64,000 bases of DNA from an uncultured Cytophagales bacterium (GTDB lineage Bacteria > Bacteroidota > Bacteroidia > Cytophagales > 172606-1), in NCBI GenBank assembly GCA_902805615.1, contig CADCTQ010000208.1:3574-67573 (forward strand), written 5' to 3'. How positions within the stretch are numbered: position 1 is the first letter of the stretch; every line of letters begins with the position of its first letter. The position numbers and the translations under genes were made by a program. The notes below the pieces were generated by a model. That model ran no database searches. It had not been told where the DNA came from and saw only the letters and a list, made by a program, of their open reading frames with translations. This document shows, piece by piece, positions 11,301 through 20,000 of this stretch.

Positions 11301-13128
11301 GCTCCGCAACGAGGCTGGGCCGCAACACATCCGGGCGTACCTGCAGGGAAAAGTCCCGCCGTACATGGTGCCCGCTTACCTGATGCCGTTGCAGGCGTTC
11401 CCCATGACCGCCAACGGGAAGATCGACCGGAAAGCATTGCCCAAACCCAACGTTGCTTCCCAAACCGGTTACGACCCACCGGCGACTGGCACCGAGTCCG
11501 TCCTGGTGAAGATCACCGGCCAGGTGCTGGACCGGTCATTGGTAGGCGTGCGGGATAACTTCTTTGAAATCGGCGGGCATTCGCTCCGGGCCATGCAGTT
11601 GATCGCCGGCATTTACAACCATTTCAGCGTGAAGGTCACCCTGCGCGAAATATTCAACTACCCGGCCATCCGCGACCTGGCCGTACTGATCGAAACAAAA
11701 GCCAGGTCGCAGCACGAAAAGATTCTTCCCGTCGAGGAACAGGCGCACTACGGCGCCTCGAACGGCCAGCGGAGTGTATGGCTCATTCACGAGCTGGACC
11801 GCGCCAACGTCGCCTACAACATGTCGTCGGCTCATCTGCTTTCCGGCCCCCTGCAAGTGGACGCCCTGGAGAAAGCATTCCGCGCTTTGATCCGGCGGCA
11901 CGAAAGCCTGCGCACCTCTTTCGTGGCCGAAAACGGGTATCCCAGGCAGCGGGTGACCCCGGCAGACCAGGTGCACTTTACGCTCCGGTACACTGCTATA
12001 CCCGAAGACGTTGCGCACAAAGAGGTGGTACTGCACCAGGTATGCCGGCAGGAAGCAGATACGGTTTTTGATCTTGAGAACGGACCGCTGATGCGGGCTA
12101 ACTTGATCCGGGTGCGCGACCGTGAACACTGCCTCGTCATTACCCTGCACCATAGTATCTTCGACGGGTGGTCTTCGGCGGTTTTCGTGCAGGACCTGAC
12201 CGCCCTCTACCACCTGGCGCAACAAGGCAGCACCGGGTCGCTGCCCGCACTGTCCATTCAATACAAAGACTTTACCGCGTGGCAATCCCGGCAGTTGAGC
12301 GGCCGGCAGTTGATGCACCATCAGCAGTACTGGCTTTCCCGGTTCGGCGGCGGGGTGCCCGTACTGAATTTTCCCCTGGACTTCCCCCGGCCCGCCATCC
12401 GGACGTTTAACGGCAGCGTCACCGAAACCGTGCTGGACCAGCAACTGGCTGGCAAACTTGCCGGCCTGGGCGCGGAACGGAACGTAACAACGTACATGAC
12501 CATGCTCGCCTCGGTTAACGTACTGTTGCACTTCTATACCGGCCAAACCGACATCGTGGTAGGGACGCCAGTATCGAACCGGGCGCACTCCGAACTCAGT
12601 AACCAGATCGGGTTTTATACCAACACGCTGGCCCTGCGCACGACCCTTTCGGAAAACGACAGTTTTGCGGCTTTACTGGACCAGGTCAGAACCCATACCC
12701 TGGATGCCTTCGAGCACCAGATGTACCCGATGGATTGCCTGCTGGAAGACCTGGGCGTCCAGGGGCCGGCCCGGCGGTCGTCACTCTTTGACGTGATGCT
12801 CGCATTCGAGTCCTCCACCGAAAGGCATGGGCCGGTCAGCGGCGACTTAATGATCCGGGAGCACCGGGTTTTGCAGCCGACGGCCAAGTTTGACCTGATG
12901 TTCGGCGTGGTTGAAAGCGCCGGCCAACTCACCGTGAAGGTCACCTACGCTTCCGACCTGTTTTCAGCCCTGAAAATGGAATTATTGAACGACCGGTTCG
13001 TCGCCTTGCTCGGCGCAGTGGCCGATAACCCGTTCATCACCATCAAACAGCTTGCGCATTTTCTGCAGGATGATGCCTTGGCCGTGGAAAACCTGGACGT
13101 GGGGCTTTCACTGGAAATTGACCTGTAA
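385..13128 (+). CDS. NRPS-1: FAAL-ACP-C-A-T-C-A-T-C-A-T-C (lipo-initiation unit, 3 modules, extra terminal C domain)
   Basis: 4247-aa ORF. Motifs, in order:
- FAAL: FIQFSSGSTSEPKGVQLTH, LSWMPLTHDMGL, PGYGLAEA
- ACP: SAGAHSL
- C: HHLIADGWS
- A: YTSGTTGQPKG
- T: GGHSLKA
- C: HHIISDGWS
- A: YTSGSTGTPKG
- T: GGHSLKA
- C: HHIVSDAWS
- A: YTSGSTGQPKG
- T: GGHSLRA
- C: HHSIFDGWS
Hand-extracted Stachelhaus codes: DTESIGTVCK, DTESIGTVCK (both Lys-like, versus DAESIGSVCK) and DLFNNALTYK (Ala-type). Confidence 0.97.
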   Translation: MIKSLNDFLAGNAKASTTGITFVEGGASDEFLSYARLFDEARQVLYNLQLQGVKQGDELVLLMEDNRSFLVGFWACLLGKMIAVPLHTGNQDEHISRFMKVWGGLPAPKLLTDEAHLSRILEFAGKSGVNEAVKADLQRRTMLVRDVSNGHAMAPVAPGSPDDLAFIQFSSGSTSEPKGVQLTHRNLVFNCQDIIARYQINSSDSSLSWMPLTHDMGLICFHLTSLLAGINQYIIPTSLFIRRPLLWMEKSSQYRITQIYSPNFGYYYLLSALDKEKNYNWDLSPIRLIYNGAEPISHQLCDSFLQTMRPFGLKENTMYPGYGLAEASVAVTLPTVHAPFRSYHLDRRRLNTGDVIRFCENAGDDTVNFVDVGYPIDHCRLRICDDHDHALPECTIGHIQIKGENVTKGYYNNEQVTRQVFTRDQWLKTGDLGFLIEGRLVITGRAKNLVIINGQNYYPQDIERICEGVEHAGPGRIVACSGRKPGTHREQLVLFVLFRQPLPGFIPLVVRMRAKLAEKMGLVPDAIVPVRRIPKTTSGKIQNFKLVAQYESGEFDQELNRIDQLLRETARDLSPGEQILVICRELTGNGAIAPDDNFLSAGAHSLIIAQMISRLQTRFNVSLCAEDLFIHNSADKLAAYVAQREKSPAEKITPTENNGYYDLTPAQRRLWMLSQLPGGSAAFNLFHGSVINAAVDIVCFEKALVTLVERHEILRTTFTAQEGVPKQKTRNAGEPGFKFDYADLRNSEVTMEMVRAWAADEAAKPFTLEEGPLLRVRLLQVTDCRFVFFFTIHHLIADGWSLAVIAREFSQLYAAYRGGKTCHLPAPSIQYKDFVAWRLHKLEESRLEAHRQFWLSQFSDEVPAVELPVRGNRPAVQTFNGGNVSTVLPAPVNAALKKLGNQEEATHFMVLLTCINLLLHKYSGQGDIVLGTDTAGRTLLELEDQVGYYLNFVPVRTTVTPRGTFTGLLAKVKHQVLQNFKHQEYPVEYLVEDLRAREKNTWRQPFFDVMVLLQNHGANAHFEDLVEGTAGETIEIPSRHSVADLLFEFTERGEVLHLNVQFNPDLYGSAFIEQLVAHFRVLVNAVVAHPERPIAAHTLMDAREMRQFADGLNDTRVSYPDESVITLFEKQAARTPGQVAVICAERAVTYQELNARANVLARCLRDEYHIGREDRVGVMMQRTEHVIVSILAVLKASAAYVPVDPGYPGERVRYLVKDSALRLLLSDRTVEESPGTDVVLVQSLASRTGIDAGNLDFRPAPHDLAYIIYTSGTTGQPKGVMIEHRALADYVLTFARYFKIDEQACIIHQASLSFDTAVEEIYPVLICGGKLVVSRNGGSDAEALASEIEQNKVTLLSATPVVLNQISNYVPKLSSLAAIISGGDVLHVADVERLLPVARVYNTYGPTESTVCATYQAVDSPADVASIGKPIANRRVYLLDETLAPVPAGVVGEICIGGAGVARGYLNLHELTGKVFVEDPFVPGARLYKTGDLGRYRPDGTIEFLGRKDEQVKIRGYRVELREIENLLLQHESVRQAAVVARQIAGEPCLVAYICPVAPETQCDFYQYLSRHLPAYLVPAHFVVLEALPWLPNGKLNKRALPEPAQHANTLYVAPATAMEAALAAVFEAVLGTGPIGVLDNFFSRGGHSLKAVKAISRIRALHNDRLELRDLFEHPTVRALASRVSAGRSEAGHGIPVTGEMSYYPVTYAQQQLWVLHEMDPARAAFNLSWAFAMDGPLDAGAFEKVFQALVRRHENLRATFLMIDGELRQRISAADDTGFAVQYLDCTGETVDGQTVQKLIDRNVREPFDLERGPLLRVKLVRLSARQHVFLCALHHIISDGWSMEVLSGEIKALYLQFRSAGAAPLPPPRIQYKDYVAWKQRLKVESQRAYWLNELAGPLPVIQLPVFGPRPKVRSFKGKSLAFQLGEGTLAALQRLSRGNDATLFMAIVTVLKVLLCRYTGQKDIIIGTDTAGRNHRDLEPLVGYFLNPIAIRTQLEETENFCDCLARVKSKVLGAFENQEYPFDKLVTDLALPRDSSLPPVFSILVLLHNFDQALRFEALSDDLRIVALEQEITSSITDLQFEFVERGSGLSLKARFNDDVYDEAVISRFVGHFEKLVRLVDHHPGKPVTRHALVEYPPVAHLPGNDPLPRKPDQADPLTGLLGGLGAGRGSRVAVACNDRVLTYAELHERSNQLAHYLRDYCRVPVEARIGVLLQRSEYLVVAMLGILKAGACYVPIDPEYPGKRVKFLIEESKVSLVLSDRESMRRHDDLRDERFIIREDTQAALAGCSKRNVPLRHAPDNLAYIIYTSGSTGTPKGVMIEHHSLTDYVATCIAYFKLTADDVVVQQASLSFDTAVEEIFPILCVAGKLVVAEEGGRNIPALVRTIVANNVTVLSTTPLVLNEVNRLGDQLPALRLVISGGDELKPHYVDQLIKRATVFNTYGPTESTVCATYHQVTEPAGAAVIGVPIPGRKVYLMDENRQLVPDGVVGELYLGGAGLARGYTDPVFDAVFIGNPHCPAERLYQTGDLARVLPDGSIQFVGRKDLQIKLRGYRIEPGEIESALRAHASVEEALVVVGETPAEEKYLAAYYTGVSVPAGDLRKYLKQRLPYYMVPQYLVWLDRLPVTYSGKVDRARLPVPRESGESAVEYAAPTTSLEEKLLQLWKEVLNRDQLGVLDDFFEAGGHSLKAAQVISRLQLEYNVGIGLRDLFANPTVSALAAALAAGRQRSGRSIRPVEEQQFFNVSHGQKRLYILSQFDDGRAAYNISLAYRLLGRVEVSRLEQVFVALIERHEALRTVFVSVGGEIRQRVLEKEQVRWAIDFENPESREGTDAEVREIANRVARRVFDLEAGPLLHVKLVRRSEDEHLLIITVHHIVSDAWSIEVLAREAMRLYTRQVERLPPLPIQYKDYSAWQNGNTAAGKFGEDRAYWLEQFRDEVPGLNLPAVYARSHGKKYAGNTVRSVLGRQVSDGLLSLCRREKATPFMGMLAAVYAILYRYTQQDDLVIGTPVAGREGADLDDQIGFYVNTLPLRARVKEKDSFASLLRRVKKVVSDALHHQAYPFDLLVNDLNLKYDAGRNAMFDVMVVFLNDHHPPVAAHRGSMKTEAFRIDSAFSKFDLCLNVIETGGEMELALEYNTGLFDQRWIARFTDHFTRLLASVAANVDGRLAAIDFLSPDEKKSLLSKSSGGRLQAGTPGLLHQLVEERALASPSQCALVCEEATLSYQSLNRRANQLAHYLRTRHAIGRNDLVGLLLDRTAGSVVSILGILKAGAAYVPIDPAYPDERINYIIEDVGLKAIITTTDVLRAGATAPVPSAIRFDAIEKDLDQYPHENPATVNDSSDLAYIIYTSGSTGQPKGVAIEHRNAVSFIDWAGTEFSNSVFDYTIACTSYCFDLSIFELFYTLHAGKTVLLVPSGLDIPKHLSRKNLLINTVPSVVEALIGNGCDLGNVTVLNMAGEPVPLSVKRALDCTRMEIRNLYGPSEDTTYSSCYRFRQQDPVVPIGRPIANTQFYVLDAHLQLVPEGVPGEICIAGSGLARGYMNKVTLTDEKFVENPFAAGTKLYRTGDLGYWLPDGNLMFAGRKDNQVKIRGYRIELGEIEGALQLHPAVAQALVTGVQVQDEKHLIAYYTLRNEAGPQHIRAYLQGKVPPYMVPAYLMPLQAFPMTANGKIDRKALPKPNVASQTGYDPPATGTESVLVKITGQVLDRSLVGVRDNFFEIGGHSLRAMQLIAGIYNHFSVKVTLREIFNYPAIRDLAVLIETKARSQHEKILPVEEQAHYGASNGQRSVWLIHELDRANVAYNMSSAHLLSGPLQVDALEKAFRALIRRHESLRTSFVAENGYPRQRVTPADQVHFTLRYTAIPEDVAHKEVVLHQVCRQEADTVFDLENGPLMRANLIRVRDREHCLVITLHHSIFDGWSSAVFVQDLTALYHLAQQGSTGSLPALSIQYKDFTAWQSRQLSGRQLMHHQQYWLSRFGGGVPVLNFPLDFPRPAIRTFNGSVTETVLDQQLAGKLAGLGAERNVTTYMTMLASVNVLLHFYTGQTDIVVGTPVSNRAHSELSNQIGFYTNTLALRTTLSENDSFAALLDQVRTHTLDAFEHQMYPMDCLLEDLGVQGPARRSSLFDVMLAFESSTERHGPVSGDLMIREHRVLQPTAKFDLMFGVVESAGQLTVKVTYASDLFSALKMELLNDRFVALLGAVADNPFITIKQLAHFLQDDALAVENLDVGLSLEIDL

Positions 13129-13267
13129 TCCTGCCCGGGCGCATCCCGCCGCCTGATTGTTCCTTCCGGAAACAGATTGTACCTACCCGTAACCTTGGTG
13201 CCGGGGTAAAGCCGCCCCTTGCCGCCGCTCTTTTCCTTTCAATTACTTATTTTCCCGCAGGTCCCGT

Positions 13268-14000
13268 ATGAGTTCAACAGGAATACAAAGGCAACGCGCA
13301 CTGGAGTACTGGTTCAATAAGGCGAAACACCTTGCGTTGCCCCCCGCAGGCTTTTCTCCCGCCGGGGAGAAAAAATGTGCCACCCTTGCCTTTCCGGCGG
13401 CGCTTTCGCAAAAACTGAAAGCCGTTTCAAAAGGAGATGCTGCGGTTGAACTGGTGGTGTGCATGGCGGCGCTTTTTGTGCTGCTGGAGAAGTATAATGT
13501 CCGGAAGCCCGTTGTAAGCGCGGTCAACCTCCGTAATCAACCGCCCGACCCGCACGAGCCGCTTGCCTTTTTCAGTGCGGACTGTAGCGGTACCCGTACC
13601 GCGAAGGAAGTCGTCGGCACGATCCAACAACAATTCGGGGAGGCGGTGCGGCATGATTCCTACGACTTGGTCCTGCTTTCCGAAATGCTCACGGTGAACA
13701 ACGCGGGCTCGATCAACTCGTTTTACGCCACCGGGATCGGCCACCGCGCATTCAACGACTGCTCCCCGGAAAGCAAAAGTAAGTTCTCGCTGTACTTCGA
13801 CATTGCCAGCCAGGACGAAGCCTTCGCGCTAACTGTGTACGTGAGCGCCGATCACCAGTTGGGGCACTTTGCCGGGCAGGTTGGCCGTCACTTTATGCGT
13901 TCCCTCCAGGTTGTTCTCACCAGCGCTACCCAGGTATTGAGCCGTTTTTCACTCCTCGATGAGGGGGAAGTGAACGCCCTGGCCGCCGGCAGCAAACGAA
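13268..14000 (+). other. vestigial C-terminal subdomain of a condensation domain at the NRPS-2 N-terminus (no HHxxxDG half)
   Basis: The protein starts MSSTGIQRQRALEYWFNKAKHLALPP... This has the YW...lp / ...LLEKY... layout of the second half of a C domain and runs straight into an A domain (FESQAFTFPDRPAVV). No N-terminal C half or His motif is present. Confidence 0.6.
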
Positions 14001-17000
14001 CTGTTGCCGGCGGCAGCCTGCACGCGTTGTTTGAAAGCCAGGCCTTCACATTTCCGGATCGCCCGGCGGTGGTGGATGGCGCGCGCACCCTCACCTACCG
14101 GCAACTCAACGACCGTGCCGACCGCCTTGCTGGTTACCTGCAATCGCAGTTTGCAGTTAAGCCCGGAGACGCAGTGGGATTGCTGCTGGATCAGTCTCAC
14201 TGGGCAGTAATCGGAATCCTGGGAATCCTAAAGGCAGGGGCGACCTACATTCCCATTGATCCAGCCCATCCCGAGCAACGGATTGCGTACATGCTGCGGG
14301 ACGCGGCGCCGAAAGTGCTCATTGCCAATGCAGTACCGGGCCATGCCGACATTCCGGTCGTACTGCTCGGGCGCGATTGGGACAAGATCGAATCGGCCGG
14401 ACCCCTGCTCCACCACCGGGTTCCGGCCGATGCCCACCGGATTGCCTACGTGATTTATACCTCCGGATCAACCGGCACCCCCAAGGGGGTTCGGGTTTCG
14501 CACCGGGCAGTGGTCAACTTGGTGGAAGGCCTCGTAAGCGTGATGGGCCACGCGCAGGACTGGAAGTACGTTGTAACGGCTGCCCTTACGTTTGATGCTT
14601 CCGTCAAGCAGATTTTCGTCCCCCTTGCCATCGGCGCGGAATTGCACATTCCCGGTGAGCGGGAAGACGTCGGCGCCCTGGTGCGGTACCTGCGGGACAA
14701 ACGCATTGATGCCGTGCACGCCACGCCGCTTTTCTGGCGGGAAATCCTCGAAGCGGTGCGCCATTCGGGCACGAAACCAGACCTCAAATGCATTTCTTCG
14801 GGCGGCGACAGGCTTTCTGCCCGGCTGGCCAATGACCTGCGGCGCTGTTTCGGTGAAGCCCGATTCTACAACACCTACGGCCCCACGGAGGCGTGCATCA
14901 ATTGCCTGGCGCACCAGGTTGAAGGTCACCAGGAAGGTGGCGTGCCCATCGGCCGGCCGCTGCCCAACTACGAGGCGTACATCCTCAATGACAACAACGA
15001 GGTGTTGCCCCCCGGCGCAACCGGCGAGTTGTGCGTAGCGGGCGAAGGCCTCGCCGCCGGCTACCTGCACCGGGCGGACCTGACGGAGGCAAGCTTTGTG
15101 GACAACCCCTTCGCCTCTTCGGGGAAACTATACAAAACCGGCGACCTGGCCCGCTGGCTTCCGGACGGTACGGTCGAATTCCTCGGCAGAAAGGATAATC
15201 AGGTTAAGATAAGGGGAGTACGGGTTGAACCCGGCGAGATCGAAGCGGCGCTCATGGCGCATGAACAGGTCAGGGCCGCCGTGGTGCTTGGTACTGCGCG
15301 CGATTCGGCGGACAACGTGCTGAAGGCCTACATCATCCGGGTGCAGGGCGGCGGGCCGCTTGACTACCCGGCTTACCTGAGGCAACTGCTTCCGGATTAC
15401 CTGATCCCGGCGTATTTCACCGAGATGGAAGCGTTTCCCCTGACTGCGTCCGGCAAGTTGGACGTTGCGGCGTTGCCGGAAGCTGCGCTGACGCACTACG
15501 CCGCGCCAGCCAATGAACGTGAGCTGACCCTGCAACGCATCTGGCAAAAGGTTTTGCAGCGCGGCCGAATCGGCGTCCACGATAATTTCTTCCAACTGGG
15601 TGGGCACTCCCTGAAAGGCGTGCAGGTAATCGCCCAGGTGAACCAGGCCTTGGGGACGCAGTCGAGCCTGCGGGACCTGTTCACGCACCCGACCATTGCG
15701 TCGCTGAGCACGCACCTGGCGTCGTTTTTGGGCGGGGAGCCCTCGGCAATCCCCGTTGTTCCCGCGGCCAGGTACCATCCCCTTTCGAACGCCCAGCGCA
15801 GAATATGGATCGCCCAGGCGGCCGGTGGCGGTTCCGTCTACAATATTCCCGGCGTGTACGAGTTGAAAAACCTGGACGTCAAAGCCTTCGAGGCGGCGTT
15901 CCGGGAGATTATAGAAAGGCACGAAAGCTTACGGACGACGTTTGCCGTAGTGGACGGCATTCCCCGGCAGGTAGTGCACCCTTACGAAGCGCTGGACTTT
16001 GCCCTGGCCAGGATTGACCTCCGATACCGGGCAGACGCCCGGGCGCACTGCGCAAGACTTGCCCATGACGAAGCCACTGCGGTTTTCGACCTCGAACGCG
16101 GCCCGCTTGTCCGCGGCACGCTGATCGCACTCGACGAGGCCACCCATCTCTTGCTGCTGACCCTGCACCACATCATCAGCGACGGATGGTCCATGGGGGT
16201 GATGGCCAACGACCTGCTGACGCGATACGGGTCGTTGAAGAACGGTGACGGTCAACCGCTCCCGCCACTGCGCATGCAGTACAAAGACTACACGGCCTGG
16301 TTCGAGGCGAGGCTGAACGCCCCGCAAAGCGGGCGCAGCCGGTCTTACTGGTTAAAACAATTTGAGGGCGAACTGCCCGTCCTCGAACTGTCGGCGGGTA
16401 CGAGGCCCCCCGTAAAGACCCTGCGCGGGGCAAGTCTCGAATTCAGGCTGGAACGGGAGCTGAGCGAAGGGTTACACACGCTGGGACTGCACCACGGCAG
16501 CACGCTGTTCATGACGTTGCTGGCGGTGGTCAAAACCTTGATCTACCGCTATACCAACCAGAAGGATTTGATCATCGGCACCCCGGTGTCGGGGCGCCTG
16601 CACGCCGACCTGGAGAACCAGGTTGGGTTTTACGTCAACACAATCGCCCTCCGCACCCAGCTTGCCGGCGACGAAACTTTTGAACACTTATTGCGGCAAA
16701 TCCGGGCAACAACCCTCGATGCGTACGAGCACCAGGAGTACCCGTTCGACCTGTTGGTCGAATCGCTGAAGCTTACCAGGCACCCGAGCCGGTCGCCCTT
16801 GTTCGACGTACGGGTGGAGGTACAGCAGGGCACGAACGTAAACCTGCCGGGGTTCGGCGAAAACGGTTGGCGCGAAGCACGGGAACTGCTGAGCCATACC
16901 ACTGAGAGCAAAGACGATCTGCACTTTCTGTTCTATGAATCGGCCGAAGGGCTTGCGCTGATTGTCACCTATAACACCGACCTGTTTGCCGCGCAGTACA

Positions 17001-20000
17001 TACAAGCAATGGGCGCGCATTTTAAAATGCTCGCCCGGAGCATCATCAGCGACCCCCGCCAGCCGATCCGGGCGTTGGCGTACCTCACGGAAGGTGAGAC
17101 GGACGAATTGCTCCACGCATTCAACCGCACCCAAAGCACTTACCCGGCGGATAAGACAGTGGCGCAACTCTTCGAGGAACAGGTGCAGAAAAATCCCGCG
17201 GCAGTGGCAATCGTGCATAAAGAGCACGTACTCACGTATGATGAATTGAACCGGAAGGCCAACCAACTTGCGCACTACCTCAGAAATGAACACGGCGTGG
17301 GCTGCAACACCCTGGTGGGCGTGCTCATGAACCGGTCGCATACCCTGATCATCAGCCTGCTGGGGATTCTCAAGGCCGGCGCCTGTTACCTGCCGGTGGC
17401 GGTCGACAGCCCCGAAAAACGCCGGTCCTACATCTGGAGCGACGCGAACGTGGACGTGGTGGTTACCGAAACGGAATTCATGTTCGCACTGGGCGAATAC
17501 AGCAAGGCGATTGTGGCGGTTGACCTCCAGTTGCCGGCACTGGAGGTTGCCGACCACAATCCGGGGCCTACGAACTCGGCCGAAGACCTGGCCTATATCA
17601 TCTATACCTCGGGATCTACCGGCAAGCCCAAAGGGGTGATGATCACGCAGAGAAGCATGGTGAATACCCTCACCTGGCGGAATCGCTACTATCACTTTGA
17701 CGCCGGGGTAGTAAACCTCCAGTTCCCGTCTTATTCGTTCGACAGCTCGGTCGAGGATATTTTCTGCGTTTTGCTCTCCGGTGGCCGCTTGGTCATTCCC
17801 GACGAGCGGGAAAGGACGTCCGTGCCGTACGTGGCACAATTGCTGAAAGCGGAACGGGTCACGCATTTTTTGATTACGCCCTCTTTTTACAAGGCCCTGC
17901 TGGCCGAACTGAACCACCAGCTCTCCGGATTAAAAGCGGTTACCATTGCGGGTGAGGCAGTTACCACCGACATTGTCGAGAAGCACTACCAGTTGCTGCC
18001 GGGGGTGCCCTTGGTGAATGAGTACGGCCCGACTGAGAACGCAGTCTGTTCATCGGCCACTGTGCTGGAGCCGGGCAAGGCGATTACGATAGGCAAACCC
18101 ATTGCCAACGTGCGTATTTGCGTGCTCGACGAAAACCTGGCACTATTGCCCAAAGGGGTTGTCGGGGAAATCTGCGTGTCGGGGCCCGGGTTGGCGCGGG
18201 GATACCTGAACAACCCGGAGATGACCGCTGCTAAATTTCTGCCCTCGCCGCTGCCCGGCATTGACAGGATCTACCGGACGGGCGACACGGGCCGGTGGAC
18301 CGACAACGGCGAACTGGTTTTCCACGGCCGCAACGACGACCAGGTCAAGATCAGGGGGTACCGGGTAGAAGTCGCCGAAGTAGAGAATGCGATCCGGGAG
18401 GCCCCGCACGTGCACGATGCCTTTGTGCTGGCCCGAAAGGGAGAACCGCGTACACTGGTGGCATACGTCATTGCCGGGAACGCGGGGGATGCGCACGCGC
18501 TGAAATCATTCCTTGCGCGGCAACTGCCGGACTACATGATTCCGGCGCACTTCGTCTTCGTGGCATCATTTCATTTGACCATTAACGGAAAGATTGACCG
18601 GCAGGCGCTGCCCGACCCCGAAGCGGAACCAAGCCGGGTTCGTACGCTGCCGAGGAACCGGATCGAGGAATGCCTCGTGGAGATTTGGCAGGACGTGCTT
18701 GGCAAGCAAGCGGTCGACGTGTACGATAATTTCTTTGTTTCCGGCGGAGACTCCATCAAGGCCATCCAGGTTGCGTCGCGGATGAACACGGCCGGGTACA
18801 GGATTGAGGTGGCCGATATTCTCCGGCAGCCGGTAATTGCCGAACTTGGCCCGCTGGTAAAGGTGGCCGGCGCATCCGCAGACCAGGGAGCGGTAGTGGG
18901 TCCGGTGCCGCTTACCCCCATCCAGCAGTGGTTTTTCTCGACGTACGACGAGCACTGTGCGCATTACAACCAGGCTGTACTGCTGCAGACGCGTAGAAGG
19001 CTTACCCGCGAAGATACCCTGGCTGTCTTTGATAAACTGCTGCGGCAGCACGACGCCCTGCGAATGGTCTTTTACAAAAAGGAGGGCCGGTGGTTCCAGG
19101 AAAACAAAGGCACCGGCACCGACGTTCCCCTGATCGAGTACGATCTTTCCGGCCATTCGGAAGGAAGCCTGACCCATTTTTGCCAGAAGGTCCAGTCTTT
19201 GCTGGACCTGGGTGAGGGACCGGCCATCCGGGTTGGCTTATTTCACCTGGCCGAAAGCGATAGACTGTTTATCGCCGTTCATCACCTGGTCATTGACGGC
19301 GTGTCGTGGCGCATTTTGTTCCACGACCTGGGCGTGCTCTACGAGCAGGTGCTGAGCGGCGCACCGCTCGCGTTGCCGCCCAAAACGAATTCGTTCAGAG
19401 ACTGGGCCGCGTATTTGCAGGATTGCCGGCAGCGGCAGTTGTTCGACCCGGAAGCGGACTACTGGCAGCGGGTGCTGCGGGCGCCGTCCGGAACATTGCA
19501 AAGGGATTTTTCCGGTGGGCAAAACACTTTTGCCGAGGAAGCAAGCGTGGGATTCTCGCTCCATGCGGAGACAACCGGGCAACTGCTCAGGGAGTCGCAC
19601 CGCGCGTACCGCACCGAAATCAACGACATCCTGCTGGCCGCATTGGCCGGCGCCCTGTGCCAGATGTGGCGCAGCGACCAGTTCCTCGTCTGGCTGGAAG
19701 GGCATGGGCGCGAAGCCCTGGCGTCCGGCCTGGATGTAACCCGCACGGTAGGCTGGTTCACAACCGTTTATCCGGTGGTTCTGGAAATGATGCCGGACCC
19801 CGGGGCCCAGATCATCACTACCAAGGAGAACCTGCGGCGCGTTCCCAACAAAGGGGTTGGATACGGCGTGCTGAAGCAGCTGGCCAGTGCGCCCCTGCCC
19901 GAGCCGGCCGGCCCAAAAGTTCTTTTCAATTACCTGGGGCGGTTTGACGAAGACATTTCAAAATCAACTTTCACCATCGCCGGCGAGTCGGCCGGCAGCG

